The position numbers and the translations under genes are program-made. A DNA stretch of 64,000 nucleotides from the human T2T-CHM13v2.0 reference genome, Homo sapiens, in assembly GCF_009914755.1 (NCBI RefSeq), contig NC_060947.1; one strand, written 5' to 3'. Positions 1-15,000 of this stretch are shown one piece after another. Numbering within the stretch: position 1 is the stretch's first letter; every line of letters starts with the position of its first letter. The notes beneath the pieces were generated by a model. It worked only from the letters and a program-made list of their open reading frames with translations. It ran no database searches and was not told the origin of the DNA.

Positions 1-427
1 CAGAACCAGAACTCAGGGCACCAAGCAATCTCTATATATAATAAACATTGCTTCCTAAACTTAGGTTAGAAAGATAGCCAACTTAAAAGAAAACAAGTGA
101 ATTACTATGAATCACCATCCATATCTATTACCATTACTTCAATACTTTTATCTAATATTTTTTTTCACTTCCTTATTCCCCCAACCTTTCCTTACACCCC
201 TGAGGTTTGAATCTTGGTTTTGTACAGTTTACCTGCAGAACAAGTGTACACAACTAAAATATCCTGAGGGAAGCCACTCAAAGCGTGACTCATATTCTAT
301 AGTAATCACCTCCAGTTGATAATATTTAAAAATAATGACTTTCAATACTGAATCAGTTTAAGGGCACAGGACACCTGTAGTTCCCAAATCTGGCTCAAGA
401 GCAGTTGGATGTAGTGAAAGACTAGCC

Positions 428-586
428 TTACTAATCAAGTGTGGTCCAAGGATCAGCAGCACTGACATCACCTGGGAGTTATTAAAAGTTGCAGAATTTC
501 AGGCCCCACCTAGATATGAGGAGTCAGAACCCGCATTTTAACAAGATCCTTAGGTGATCCATATAACAAAGTTTGAGAAGCACTAG
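428..586. mobile_element. MER5A-like hAT-Charlie DNA transposon fossil
   Basis: gcagcactgacatcacctgggag...gcagaatttcaggccccacc...ttttaacaagatcc...aagtttgagaagcact resembles the MER5A consensus. Confidence 0.7.
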
Positions 587-1173
587 ATCAGAATACAGAC
601 TCAGAAAACCTGGGCTAGAATCCCTGCTATATCACTTACTCACTGCATAACCGCAGACAAATCCACCTCTCTATGCTTGTTTCCTCAACTGTGTAATTAT
701 TCTTTCCATTTAGTTCTTGGAACACTCTAATTTCTAAGTTCGCCGCTGGAATGTTTTTGCCACCCCTCCTTTCCCACAACTAGTTCCATTTGAGGAACTG
801 ACATTTAAACTAAGACCCAGAGAGGCTTTCCATGACAACCCACCTCAAGTTGGTCCCACTGTAATTTTTCTATTATAGCACCCAGTTTATTTCCAATTTC
901 CTTCATAACAAGTATCAACTGTAATTACTGGTTTGATTTTCTAAGATGTTAAGCTCTCAGTACCTAGCACGGTATCTTCCACATGATAGGTATGCAAATA
1001 TTTGTAGAATGGAGTTCAGGAAAGACGTATGCATTAAGAATAAAATCTGTGATTGTCAGCACACATATATTACTTGAAGCCATGGGTCTGGAGATGACTG
1101 CTTACAAAGAAGGAAAGGAGGAGGCCCGCAACTGAGTTATTTGCTCTAGCATTTAAAGGTAAGGCAAAGAAGG

Positions 1174-1302
1174 GGCCGGGTACAATGGCTCAAGCCTATA
1201 ATCTTAGCACTTTGGGAGGCTGAGGGCAGATTCCTTAAACGAGACCAGCCTGGGCAACATGGTGAAACCCCATCTCTACCAAAAAAAATACAATACAATA
1301 AA
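1174..1302 (+). mobile_element. Alu left monomer (FLAM-like)
   Basis: Alu left-arm motifs and A-rich tail, flanked by a near-identical TSD taaaggtaagg(c)aaagaagg. Confidence 0.8.
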
Positions 1303-1530
1303 AGTGTAAAGGTAAGGAAAGAAGGAAAACCCAGCAATGGAGAGGCTAGTGAGGAAAGAGCAAAACTAGCTAATTATGCTATCACGAGAGACGAAAGATG
1401 GCAAGAGTGATCAACTGCATCAAATGTCAAAATGAGGTATGTCCACTGAAATTGGTAATAGAGACAATTTGACAAGCAATTGTTTCAGTGGGATGGAGGG
1501 AATGGAAGCCAGACTAGAGTCAGGGAATCA

Positions 1531-1911
<381 letters not shown>

Positions 1912-2409
1912 TTATGGGGTCACTGAAATGTAGAGGAAAAGGTAAATAAAGACACTAGCTTATGTTCTCAAGTGGCTGCAAACTGTCTTGAAAAGACGGA
2001 GTAACTGTAAGAATCCCTTTGAAAATTGGGGGTAGGGGACCATTTAGCCTCTATTTCACTGTAATATAATAAGCACTTATGCAGGTTTGAACAGAATGAT
2101 ATCCAGAATTTGGACAATCTTCTCCCGAACCCCTCAAATCTTGACTGGATATCCCACCATATGTGATTACATTGTACTCTGTACCTATCACTTCCCTATT
2201 TATGAGAAAATGTCTGCCACAGGGTGGGAAAGTTAAAAAAAAAAAAAAACCTGGGAAGGGAAGAAATACACATTATTAGTAGTTGGCCTTTAATGGTTGC
2301 CTCTAGCTGGCAGGGTAACACATAGTTTTATTTATGCTTCATGCTTTTCTAATCCTTCCAAATTTCCTATAAATCATGGATCCATTTATAATCAGATTTC
2401 CTTTTGTAA

Positions 2410-2778
<369 letters not shown>

Positions 2779-4214
2779 TAAACAAATGCCTTAGATTAGC
2801 TGCTGCCTACTCTAGGAGCTTCTTCCCTACATCTTCTGGTGTTTGGAGCTTGGCACACAGGAGGCACTTTGGTTGATTATTAGCAGGTAAGAGATGTTGC
2901 ACGTAAGTACGGGAGTGGGGATGAATCAAAATGAGCCTAAAATCCCCATAGAAATCATGGAAGCATTACGGCAGTTCTTAAACAAAAAATGCTTAGAGAA
3001 AACTAAACTCCAAAGTACCACAAAGCAAAATACTTTATTTTTTGCCTTGCAACGATTTCCTTTTGCCTTATAGTCTCTGAAAGTAAATTCAGGTGAGAGC
3101 TGCCCTGAGCATTCTTCATGTCAACAAGCAGTAAGATGCATCTTGAAATCCAGCCTGCTATTCACTATTTGATTATAGAGGAATAGGTGTCACTGATTAT
3201 GATTTGTTAAAGGGGACACCACATAATTGTCAGGCCTTTCCATCCTATCTAGTTTCTGATTATCTATTAATACATTAATATCCACTCAACAAATATTGTG
3301 AAAAACATTTATGATCATAAAAAAATAGCTAACACTTACTCTATACCTATTGTGCATTATCTTTAATCCTTGGAGATGAAGACTGTGCCCAGTTTACTGA
3401 GAGTGGCCACATACCTATTAAGTGGTAAAACGTGGATTCAAACCCAAATCTGTTCCACAACTCTACATTGCACATAATGTCTATATGCACAGCCCACCTT
3501 GCTACGCCCCTCTCCTACAGACACCAGTCTCCCTATCCTTAGCCACATAAAACATGACTCTCAAGTGCCCTGAGAACTGCTGACCTAGGTTTTACTGGGC
3601 ACTGACAGTAAAGTGTCATAATAAAGCAACTGAAAAATAGCCTTTACTCACCCAAGACAAATCTGGAAATTATTTGCAGAAATACCTTGAAGGAGTCTCT
3701 CATTTAAAATCTGAAAACACACTATACCTCAGATTAAGAGTTTATGCTGGCTCTGGGTGTTTCTCTGCACTGCAGTTATGCTTAAGCAAGGAAAATATGG
3801 GCAGGGAGGGATACTAAGAAAGAGGAATCTGAAACCTCCAATGTTGACTTTGAACGTGAGAATAGTATCTGAGAACACATCTCCTGCCACATCCTCTATT
3901 CAAACAGTCTGGGGAAGCTGCAGATCTGGGAGTTATCCTTCCCGGATACTCCCAATTACTTAGAGAAACTGGCATCAGAAGAACTAGGCAACCAAACATG
4001 GCTCACCAAAGTTGCAGATTATCAATTTTACCAATACAGAGGAAATGACAGCATGCTAAGGAGCCCTTCTTGGTATTCTCAACAAAAAATAAAAACAGCA
4101 ATGCCTAAGTGTAAGTTAAGCAAATTAAGCAGGAGAGGAACAGACTCCTTGTCTACACATTTTAAATTGGTACTCTGGAATATTCCTAGTCTACACCTTA
4201 AGAATTGTCAGTTT

Positions 4215-4365
4215 CTGGCTGCATGCCTGTAATCCCAGCACTTTGGAAGCCTGAGGTGGGAGGATAAGCCTGAGGTGGGAGGATCACTTGAGGCCAGGAG
4301 TTTTCCCGAGACCAGCCTGGGCCACAGAGTGAGACCTCCGTCTCTACAAAAAATAAATAAAAATT
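4215..4365 (+). mobile_element. Alu left monomer with an internal ~19-bp tandem duplication
   Basis: aagcctgaggtgggaggat occurs twice in tandem within a FLAM-like sequence. Confidence 0.78.
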
Positions 4366-5667
4366 TATAAGAAAAGCCTGCCTGTATCGAATAGGTGAAT
4401 TTCACCCAGAAGGGCCACAGGCAGCATTCAATGAGTTCAGGAAAGTATTTTCATTTGTCAGAAGTTATTTTAAAATTATCTTAAAAATAACTTACTTCAC
4501 CCGAGACTTATTTTGAAAACTAAAAATGCCTGACCACACAGGCATTTCAAAGCTATCTAATTCAGTAGGTCTGAAGTGGGGATTATTTTTTTCAAGCTGT
4601 ACAGGTGATTTGGCAGCACAGGCCAGCCTTGAGAGCCATGGCATTAGATTATTATTCAATATATGCTTTGCCATTCTGTGACTTAGGAACTTGCTTTAAT
4701 AAAAATAGAGGGGAGGAGCGGGGTATAAATAGAACAATAGCCCTGTGTTGATCACTGTTCAAGCTGGGTGACAGTTACATGGGTGTTCATTATGCTTTTT
4801 TCTATTTTTGTATATGTTTTGAAAAGTCTCATAAATTGAAGTTATTTTAAAGTGAGACTTTTTCCTGCTGGATCCATCCATTCTATCCTCCACATTGTTG
4901 CCAGAGCAATCTCCCTAAAACTCAAAACCTACCTACATCAAGTACAAACTCCTTATTTAAACCAGCATCCAAGACCTCTAGGACCTGGTCCCTGCTTACC
5001 TCTCTTACCAGTGCTATGATATTACATAATATTTCCCTCAGCTCCCCACATGCTTTATTTAGCCCCAACTATATCCTGCATATTGATCCTCAATCAGCAC
5101 ACCTCTTTACTTACCTGACAGTCTCCCCACTATGCTTGCTGAGTTCTGCAAGAGTGGGACTGTATCATATTTATCTTTGCATTCCTGTACCAGCATATGA
5201 ACTGTCATTTATTAATAGCAGATTAATAAATGAATAACTATCCAGTAAATGCTTAACAAAACTAAAAAAAATCCAAGTCACATTAAACTCTTGGTGAACT
5301 GAAAAAAACAATTTAGATTCATTTAACCTTCATCTTTCCATTCAACAATTATAAACATACTATATGCAGGGCATTGAGATGAATACTCAGATAGCCAGGT
5401 GTACAGAAATGTAGAAAATAAGGAAAAAAATCAGAAATAAAATAGATTAGAAGCAATCGTAATATAAAGGCAACGAAGTCAATACACAAAAAAAGAGAAT
5501 TACAACTTCCTCATGCCCAAAGGCTGAAAACACAACCAATTATAAGATCAATACAGAAGATAAATTAAATTTGCATAATACAGAGTATATCTTTAAGCAA
5601 AAGTGACACAGTTAGCCAAGCTTACCCTTGACCACTGTGTAGAAAAATAAGTCTAGAAAAATATATA

Positions 5668-6022
5668 CAGTTGCTCTTCAACATATGATGGGATTATATC
5701 CCAGTAAACCCATTGTAAACTGGAAATATCTAAGTCAAAAATGCACTTACTGTACCCAACCGACCAAACATCATAGCCTAGCCTACCTTAAACATGCTTG
5801 CAATATTTACATTAGAGCCTATAGTTGGGCAAAATCATCTAACACAAAGCCCGTTTTATAATAAATGTTCAATGTCTCATGTAACTTAATATCGACTGAA
5901 AGTGGAAAACAAAATGGTTATGTGGGTACTCAAGTATGCTTTCTACTAAATGTGTTTCGCTTTCACACCATCGTAAAGTCAAAAAATCCTAAGTTGAACC
6001 ATCATTAAGTCGGGGACGCCTG
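5668..6022. mobile_element. MER47A-like TcMar-Tigger non-autonomous DNA transposon
   Basis: TA|cagttgctcttcaacatatgatggg...aagtcggggacgcctg|TA: degenerate terminal inverted repeats, TA flanks and the internal catcatagcctagcctaccttaaac motif. Confidence 0.8.
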
Positions 6023-6516
6023 TACTAAGAAATACAAGAACAAACAACATAGCAATTTAGACATCTTAATGACATATAGAGAAAAACAAGTGTAGAGGAA
6101 TCTTTAGAATTCCTCATCCTATACTGAAGGATGACCACTACAAAAACCCTGAAATTCTGTGGGAAATTTTACATATGTTGGTCTTTTTCCCAGAAGACGG
6201 TCAACAGCTTTCATTGGCTTCTTAAAAGGATCTATGACCTGAAGAACATTAGGAACCAATGCCCTAAAGAAAGTTAAGACACTGTCTATCTAGCCATGAC
6301 AATGTTTTCCCTTGTATTTCCCTTTCATTTATGAAACACAGGTATATGGTATTTTTTTCCCAAAGCCACATGATAGACTACTGTCAAATACAATAAAGAT
6401 GGTACCAGATACCAAAGAAACAGAATTCCACCCCTTTTGCATTATTCAGCTCCAATTCTCTCATGTCCTTGGGTTTGCAGAGAAACAAGCAGCATCTCTA
6501 AAGATCAAACCTCCCC

Positions 6517-6907
<391 letters not shown>

Positions 6908-9162
6908 CTAAATTCCATTTACTAGGTGTGTGATCTTAGACAAGTTGCCATACATCTCTGAGTCCAGTCACCTCTGTAAAATAAACAAGTCTATCTCATA
7001 GGATTGTGCCCAGCAAAGAGTAAGCCGTATTGCTATTTGTTCTATTTCTTTTGGCTCCAGATTAATCTAAAGGCAGAAACCTTATGCTAGGTATTCTACA
7101 GATTGATAAGACAGAAATACAGATATATAAATCTGATCATATGCAAAAGAGCTGGCCTTCTCAATCTTTCTACACATTACCTGCATATGAAGGAGAACAT
7201 ACAGTATATACTAATCTCCATACTGTTAGCCATAACTGCAGACAACCAACAACTTAAACTCTACTTTGATGACAATGAGATTGGGAGGCTCCAGTTTCAT
7301 TCTCAAATTATACAGTTCTGCAAAAGGTAAACAGTCTACTAAATAATGTGCAGGCCATGCCACTTAATCAAAAATTTTAACTGGGTCTCAACTGTTTTGA
7401 GCTGGTTCAAATGAATTTGGAAGGAATGGAGACAAAGATTCTTTTGCATGGTTTAAAAGAGCAAGTTATTTATAGCAATTATCAACCTGGCAGCAAACTC
7501 TTTCCAGGATGTTGAAAAGAATTCCAACTTCACAGGTTTGTTATGAGGCTCAAATTAGTTCACTGATAAGAAAGTTGTAAAACAAAGCCTTTAAAAACAA
7601 AGGTGTCCCAACATATAGAAAAAAATGGCTGTCTGAGTAAATTTTATGGTGCTCCACACAGCCTGACACATAGTTATTTCAAATGTTCTTAAATAAACCA
7701 GACAATTCTGAACAATCTACTGCTTTAAAACATATCTATTACATGAAAGATGCTTGCTAGAAATGAAAGTGAAGTATGCAAAGGTACTCTAGTTCTCAGC
7801 CACCAACTGGCTTTAAGACCTTATGACATTCTGGGCTTCCAACATGATGTAAAATGGAAGTACAATAACTAAGATCCCTTAAAGCACTATCTGTAGTACT
7901 TTGCCTTCAGTCTAAGACAAATGTTAAATATTAAACATGAACAATCTGAATTATTTTCAAAAACTAAACAGCTAAAAGTAACCATGCTAGTTTTCTACTT
8001 GCCACAAATTCCTAGGTTTTTAAAAAATAAAACTACACTTCTGCAAATAATTCACTTTTAAGCTAAGAATATTTTTAAAGATCAAATAGACTTTGCCAGG
8101 AAGAAAAACAGGAGCTACTGGCTAACCATTTGGATGAAAATAAAAGTACACACCTACTTCACACCATTACTTCAGCATAAAAAGCTTAACATAGTATAAA
8201 AATACTTAACATAAGTATATACTTAACACAGTAATACTTAACTATAATGCTAAAAGGTGTAAACTATTATTTTGTTTCAATCTTTTTAAAAATAGCAAAC
8301 ATGTTATAGTTTAAAACAGTTGAAAAAAGGAAGGGAAAATAAGATGGACTTAGAAAGCAGCCCTTTAATTTGAAAAAGTTTTACAAGCAGGAAATTCAGT
8401 CTCATCTACTGATTTATAGCATCCATAAATGCATGAAAACACATGGCCAAATCGAACTGTTCCATGAAAGAGCTCCAAGTTGATCTCATGTCAGAAAGTA
8501 GTAACTACGGTTAAAAGGGCAAAGAAACTGAGCTTTCTTTGGATTTTTGCCTTTCTCACGTTGACTTTCTACTTTAAAATTCCCCTATTTGGGGAGTAAC
8601 TTTCTCATAGGAAGAGGACCACTTACTTTGTATTTCTACAGATGACACCAGATGGCACATTTAGAAATAAAGTTCAGTTTTAAGGAGAGATAAAACATAG
8701 TGAAAACAATACTGGACTAGGTAACCTGGGTTTGATGCTCAATTTCACCACTATCCAGCCATGTTACCATGGATATGTTATTACTCCTACAACTGGGCCT
8801 ATAAAATAAGGAGTTTGATATGGATAATAGGAAATATAGGGTATCATCCAGCTTTTCTGTTGGACATGAAGACTACCCTTTTAAAGCTGTTGGTAATTTG
8901 CTAGAGGGAGAGATCTGAATTCACCCATAAAAGCAGCCTGTCTTTACTTTTTAAAAGCAAAAATCTAAAATTCTCTACGTAAAAGGATATCTTCTAGTGA
9001 TGTCTGCATCTCTCCAGACTATACTTCCTTTTAAGGCTGGTCTCACCAAGATATTTAAAGAAATGTAAGAAGCCGGGGCCTGGACTCCAGATTGGGTTAA
9101 CAAACTGCAAAGCCCTCCAAAGTAGAAGAGTCAAACTAGCCCCTGGAAAAATATGGCAGCAG

Positions 9163-9222
9163 ATATGTATATGTCTATGTATATACGTGTACGTACGTAT
9201 ATGTATATACGTGTATATATGC
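9163..9222. repeat. Alternating purine-pyrimidine (TA/TG/CG) low-complexity tract
   Basis: atatgtatatgtctatgtatatacgtgtacgtacgtatatgtatatacgtgtatatatgc. Confidence 0.85.
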
Positions 9223-9457
9223 AGTGAGCCATCTACAACGATACTGGCTATATCCAGATTTATACTCTTCTGATTTATCAAGGCTTATCCTGATGTGCTA
9301 CAATATTGTAAATCATGATGGATCATATACTAAACATATCACAGTGAAAAATGCAAGGTTAGCCTTTCTAAAGGCCAATTTAGCAATGAGTATTAAAAGC
9401 CTTACATTTTTACATTCCGGTTGTAGAAATTTCTTAAGGATATAAATATGGATGTCA

Positions 9458-9652
9458 CGCAATGGACTTTGGGGACTCAGGGGGAAAGGATGGGAAAGGG
9501 GTGAGGGATAAAAGACTATAAATTGGGTTCAGTGTATACTGCTCCAGTGATGGGTGCACCAAAATCTCACAAATCACCACTAAGGAACTTACTCATGTAA
9601 CCAAATATCACCTGTTCCCCAAAAACCTATGGAAATAAAAAATTAAAAATAT
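9458..9652 (+). mobile_element. 5'-truncated L1PB-type 3' end (~190 bp)
   Basis: gggtgagggataaaagacta...gggtgcaccaaaatctcacaaatcaccactaa...ggaaataaaaaa. TSD taaatatggat(g/c)tca at 9443-9457 and 9653-9667. Confidence 0.8.
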
Positions 9653-9782
9653 TAAATATGGATCTCATAAATATTTATCTATTAGGATGTACCTATGCTT
9701 CTTTCATTCGACACTTATTTACTGAATGCTGAATTACCTGTATGTTAGGAGGCATTACTTAAAATCATGAGAAACTGGGACT

Positions 9783-10527
9783 GGAAAAGTGTGAACACAG
9801 CAAACTGGTTAAATAAATTCTGCATACAATAAAATACAATGTAGCCATTAAAAATGCTACAGAAGCTGGGCACAGTGGCTCACGCCTGTAATCCCAGTAC
9901 TTTGGGAGGCCGAGGCGGGCGGATCACGAGGTCAGGAGATCGAGACCATCCTGGCTAACACGGTGAAACCCCGTCTCTACTAAAAATACAAAAAAAAATT
10001 AGCCGGGCGAGGTGGCAGGCACCTGTAGTCCCAGCTACTCAAAAGGCTGAGGCAGGAGAATGGCGTGAACCCCGGGGGGCGGAGCCTGCAGTGAGCCGAG
10101 ATCGCGCCACTGCACTCCGACCTGGGCGACAGCGAGACTCCGTCTCAAAAAAAAAAAAAAAAAAAAAAAAAAGCTACAGAAGTATACATAATGACAGAGA
10201 CATGGAACGGGTCAATACGTGGGAAGAGCAAATTTAACAATACCATTTCTATACTAGTTTGGAGAAAACAGCTTGAAAAAAGACAGTTTGGGGACACCTG
10301 AGGGAAAAGTATGAACACAGCAAAAGGTGTGAACAAAGCAAACTGGTTAAATAAATTCTGCATACAATAGAATACAATGTAGCCATTAAAAATGCTACAG
10401 AAGTATACATAATGACAAAGACATGAAACAGGGGTCAATATGTGGGAAGAGCAAAGTTAAAAATACCATTTCTACACTAGTTTGGAGAAAACAGCTTGGA
10501 AAAAAAGACAGTTTGGGGACAACTGAG
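9783..10527. repeat. ~220-bp direct tandem duplication; copy 1 is interrupted by an AluY
   Basis: Copy 1 = 9783-9865 + 10183-10302; copy 2 = 10303-10527. Shared text gcaaactggttaaataaattctgcatacaat...gctacagaagtatacataatgaca...gacagtttggggaca. Confidence 0.92.
9865..10172 (+). mobile_element. AluY (AluYe-like)
   Basis: Y diagnostics (gagatcgagaccatcctggctaacacgg, aatggcgtgaacc) plus gcgaggtgg, ccccggggggcggagcctgc and gacagcgagac variants. 26-nt pure A tail; TSD GCTACAGAAG at 9856-9865 and 10173-10182. Confidence 0.9.
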
Positions 10528-10611
10528 AAAATGTGAATATGAACCGGATATTAGATAATATTAAGAAAAAATAAACTCCCTAGGCGTGATAATGGTATTG
10601 TGGTTTTGTAG

Positions 10612-10915
<304 letters not shown>

Positions 10916-11651
10916 GAGATGTCCTCATTCTTAAGACATGCAGCTGAAAGATTTAAGGATAAAGTGTCATCCTTACTTCTAATGTTGAGAAAAATTAAAC
11001 ACACATCTGTACATATAAATCTAATATGGCAAATACTTAATTGTTGGATCCAGCTGATGGTATACAGATGTTCATTGTGCTATGTTTTCAGCATTTTTGT
11101 TTGAAATTTTTCATACAAAATTGAAAGCTGGAAGGGAGGTAATGAATTACATTTTAAAAAGAGCATTTCTGAAAAAATATATAATATGGCTACAGAGCAG
11201 TTAAGAAAAGCCTTCGAAGAAGATACTGCATACCAAAATGTTAAGAGTATTTTATCTGTGAGTTTGGGGTTTGCGGAAATTTGTCTGTTTATCTGTATTT
11301 TTCAACAATAAGCCATGTATAATTCTACAGTCATGAAGATTACTTAAAAACAAATTCAGGAAAACGTTTTCAAACAAGAGTTAACAAGAAAATGAGCAAA
11401 CGAAAAAAAGTTCTATTCCCAAAGCATTCTTACTAAAATCAGAATGCTTCTTACAAACTCTAAAATACTGTACAAATTTAATATTATTTAATAATAGGTT
11501 TTTGTGTGGCCACCACATCGGTTTTGAACTTTTACTTACATTCATAATTTATACCATTCTCACAGTAGAAAAATTCAAGCAATTCATTGTACTGATTGTA
11601 AGGGGGGAAGGGAATGCTGGGTATTAAAAAAGTATCTCCTGTTTACCTATA

Positions 11652-12074
11652 CAGGTTAAGTATCTCCTATCCAGTGCTTGGGACCAGCAGGATTTCAGAT
11701 TTCAGATTCTTGAATATCTGCCTATACATCATGAGACATCTTGAGGATGCGGCTCAAGTTTAAACATGAAATCCATTCATGTTCCATACACACCTTATAC
11801 ATACAGCCTGAAGGTAATTTTACACAATTTCTCGTATAAATTTAGGTGGCACAAGTACAGTTCTGTTACATGGGTATATTGTGCAGTAGTGAAGTCTAGA
11901 CATTTAGTGTAACCATCACCCAAATAATGTTCGTTGTACCCTATACAATATTTTTAATAATTCTGCTCATGAAACAAAGTGTTAAGTACTTAGGCGTAGA
12001 ATTTTCCACTTGTGGCATCGTGTTGAAACTCATTTTGGGGCATTTTGAATTTTGGATTAGGGACACTCAACTTG
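11652..12074. mobile_element. Tigger4/MER46-like DNA transposon interrupted by a ~110-bp antisense L1 3' fragment (~11830-11942)
   Basis: caggttaagtatc...tgcttgggaccag and ggattagggacactcaacttg termini; the insert carries the L1 3'UTR text gttacatgggtatattgtgcagtagtgaagtc. Confidence 0.68.
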
Positions 12075-15000
12075 TGTTACTTCCAACTCCACAAAAAAAT
12101 GTAAGGCAAAAATAAATGTTAAAAATGATCAATTCTGGAGTGGGGGTAGGGACAGGGATTGTTGTATTATTCTCTGTACTTCTCAGTATATTTTTCAGAA
12201 GTAGAAATGCACATATTACAGAAAAAGGTAAAGTTCCCCATGATCCCTCCTCCCAAATAAAGTTGTCAGTTTGCCATGGTTTTTTTTAAAACATAAATAG
12301 CATCACATAGTATGTACTCTCTTGCAACTTGCCAAAATTGCCTCCAAAATAGCTGTATCAATTTACGCCACTTGTAGGCAGTATTATAAGGCCAGACTCT
12401 TCCTTATACCTTTTACGATGACTTGATATTATCAAATTATTTTTTATCAATCTAATGACTAAAAATGACCTTATTTAAATTTGCATTTCTGATTATTAGT
12501 TTGAGTACCATTTCTTGTTAGTGGACGTTTTTAGTTTCCTATTCTGGGAAATGCCTATCCTTAAAATTTCCTACTAGATTTCTTTTCTTATTCCTTAAAC
12601 ACTACCCTTATCATTAAGATGTGAATACACCAAAATGTTAACAGTGACTAAACATTGTGGTGGAATTATGTATATCCTCTCCCCAAATATGCACACATTT
12701 TCTAGTTTTTCCTGAATTCAGTGATTAAAAACTAGAAAATGATAAAATGGATGAAAAAAATCCTTTTAGACAAAAGCATTAACTTTCAGGATACTCTACT
12801 ACAGGTTACCCTTAAGGAGGTCATAAAATCTAGCTCAAAGAAATAAATGCATCTAAAGAGTAAGTCTTGTGAAGAAATGAAACAATAATGGTTTGAGACT
12901 ATTGATTCATTTGGGGTACGTTTAACTAACTTATTTGTATAGCATTTTTGAATTCATGAAGTACTTTTCATTTATCTTGCTTAACCCTAACAAAACTCTG
13001 TGACATTCTCTGATGCCTTCTTGTAAACTGCTATAGCACATTTTGTTCATTCCTCATATTACCATACTGACCCTTTTGTGTGATTTGCAAGTCTCCTTCC
13101 CCTAGACCACACTGTCCTACATTCTCCAGTCACTTATCTTTGTATTCCCAGGATGTAGCTGCAATGACTACGTCCTCAATAAATATTTGTTAAATGAATA
13201 TCACCATCTTCATTTAAAGGATGAGGAAACTGGCTCAGTGATGAGGTAATTTGCCCCAAGTAACATAGCTACTAAGTATTTTATATAAATTATAATGACC
13301 TTATCTTCGTACTTTACAAGCATTTAAAAATACATCATCTCGCTTTAATGCTCACAGCAACCTATGAAATAGGCTTTCCGATTACTGTTTTATAGATAAG
13401 AATGGAAATTTAGTGATATACCCTAGGCCCACTCGAATCCTAGTTTATATGAAGTACAGCTGTTTCTTTACATTGTACTTGATCACTACCTGGGTATGGG
13501 AGCCTCTATTTTTATGTACCAAGTACATTAAGGGTAGGGTATAGGGGAGGAAAGATGGAAGTAAGGCAGTTTAAAGGCACAGGAAAGAGGCTGGAGCCCA
13601 GGTGTACAGGCCCATCTAAAGACCATAAACTGGTATTGTAATGTCAACTGCACATGCCACTCTGAAATCCAATATTGGCCCAAAGGTTTTTCTTGATATT
13701 ACCCTGTATTAATAGAAGACAATTGTTGGCTTTCTCACATATCAGCAGTCTCAAAGGCTGGGGAGGCACACAGAATTAGGAAAGCTGTGAGAAACAATGG
13801 ACAGGCTATATCATGCATAGACAGTGCAGGGGAAGAAATGATGACACAAAGGAAAAGGCTAAGGAACTTTAAACATGATTTCACAGTCCTTAACTCGACT
13901 GTGAGTTTCTCAAGGGCAGAGACCAAGTCTCATTCATTTTATGTCCCTTACTCCTTATACTTAGCAACATTCAGTAAATGTTATGTTAAAAGAAAAAAAA
14001 AGATATATTAAGCTAAAAACTGAACAATGACTTCCATTTATTCAGCAGCACTTATTACATGCCACATACTATACTTTAGATATTATGTGTAATGTTTAAA
14101 AAAATAAGATTTACCTGTTTGCTGACCTGCCATGCATGGTGCTGCCCAAATGTGTTAACAGTGGTGATACTGATGACTATTAGGAATACTTATTATAGGT
14201 TACTAAGGTTACAACAGAACCTTGAACACCTTGAATAGGAGGGGCCAGTATAGACGGAGAGAGATCAAGGTAACCAATGTAATACACATTACAGAACTAG
14301 CTAAGACCCTTCAGAGGGTATAAATGTGACTCCTAAGGAGTTCCAAAGTGAAAAACTACTCTATGGAACATTCAGTTATCACTGGCCAAAGTCTCAGACC
14401 CAAAATAACTCAAGAACAAACCCTATCCTGCCTCACCACTGATGATCCCACACAGACCTAAAGGGTCCAGACACATTTTGTTAAATGGCCATTATTTTCA
14501 CCACCCTGACTGCCCACCTCTGAGCTGTTGAAGGAGTTAAGTAAAATAGTACATTAAATAAATTACCATCTACTGATCACCTACCATGTACTAACACCTT
14601 ACATTTTCTCTTTAATTCCAATAACCATATGAATAAGGTATTTCCCCACATCATAACTGATATAGGTTAACTTGCCCAAACTGACAGACCTAGTAAGTGG
14701 CCAGGCCCCAAATCCGGAACTGCCTGGGCTCCATGATCTTCCTATGATTATCAAGGCTTCTCAAACCTTTCCACCTTAACTCTAATAAAAAGGTAGAGAA
14801 GAATGAAGAGGCAGGCTAGGGAGGTTAAGTGGAAAGAGAAAAGTGGAACTTGATAGAAAGTTCCAAGCTACCCTTGGCAAAAACAGAATTTCTTTTGACT
14901 TCACCTTTTATCTTAATCCCATTAGCTAATTCCAGGTCTGGGGCAGAAATGCACAAGAATGCGCCTGGAAACATCTTGACATACCAGATAGCAAGGAAGC

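Noticed and set aside
8180-8250. Degenerate tacttaaca(t/c)agta tandem repeat
   Set aside because: Short AT-rich low-complexity slippage product with no sign of function.
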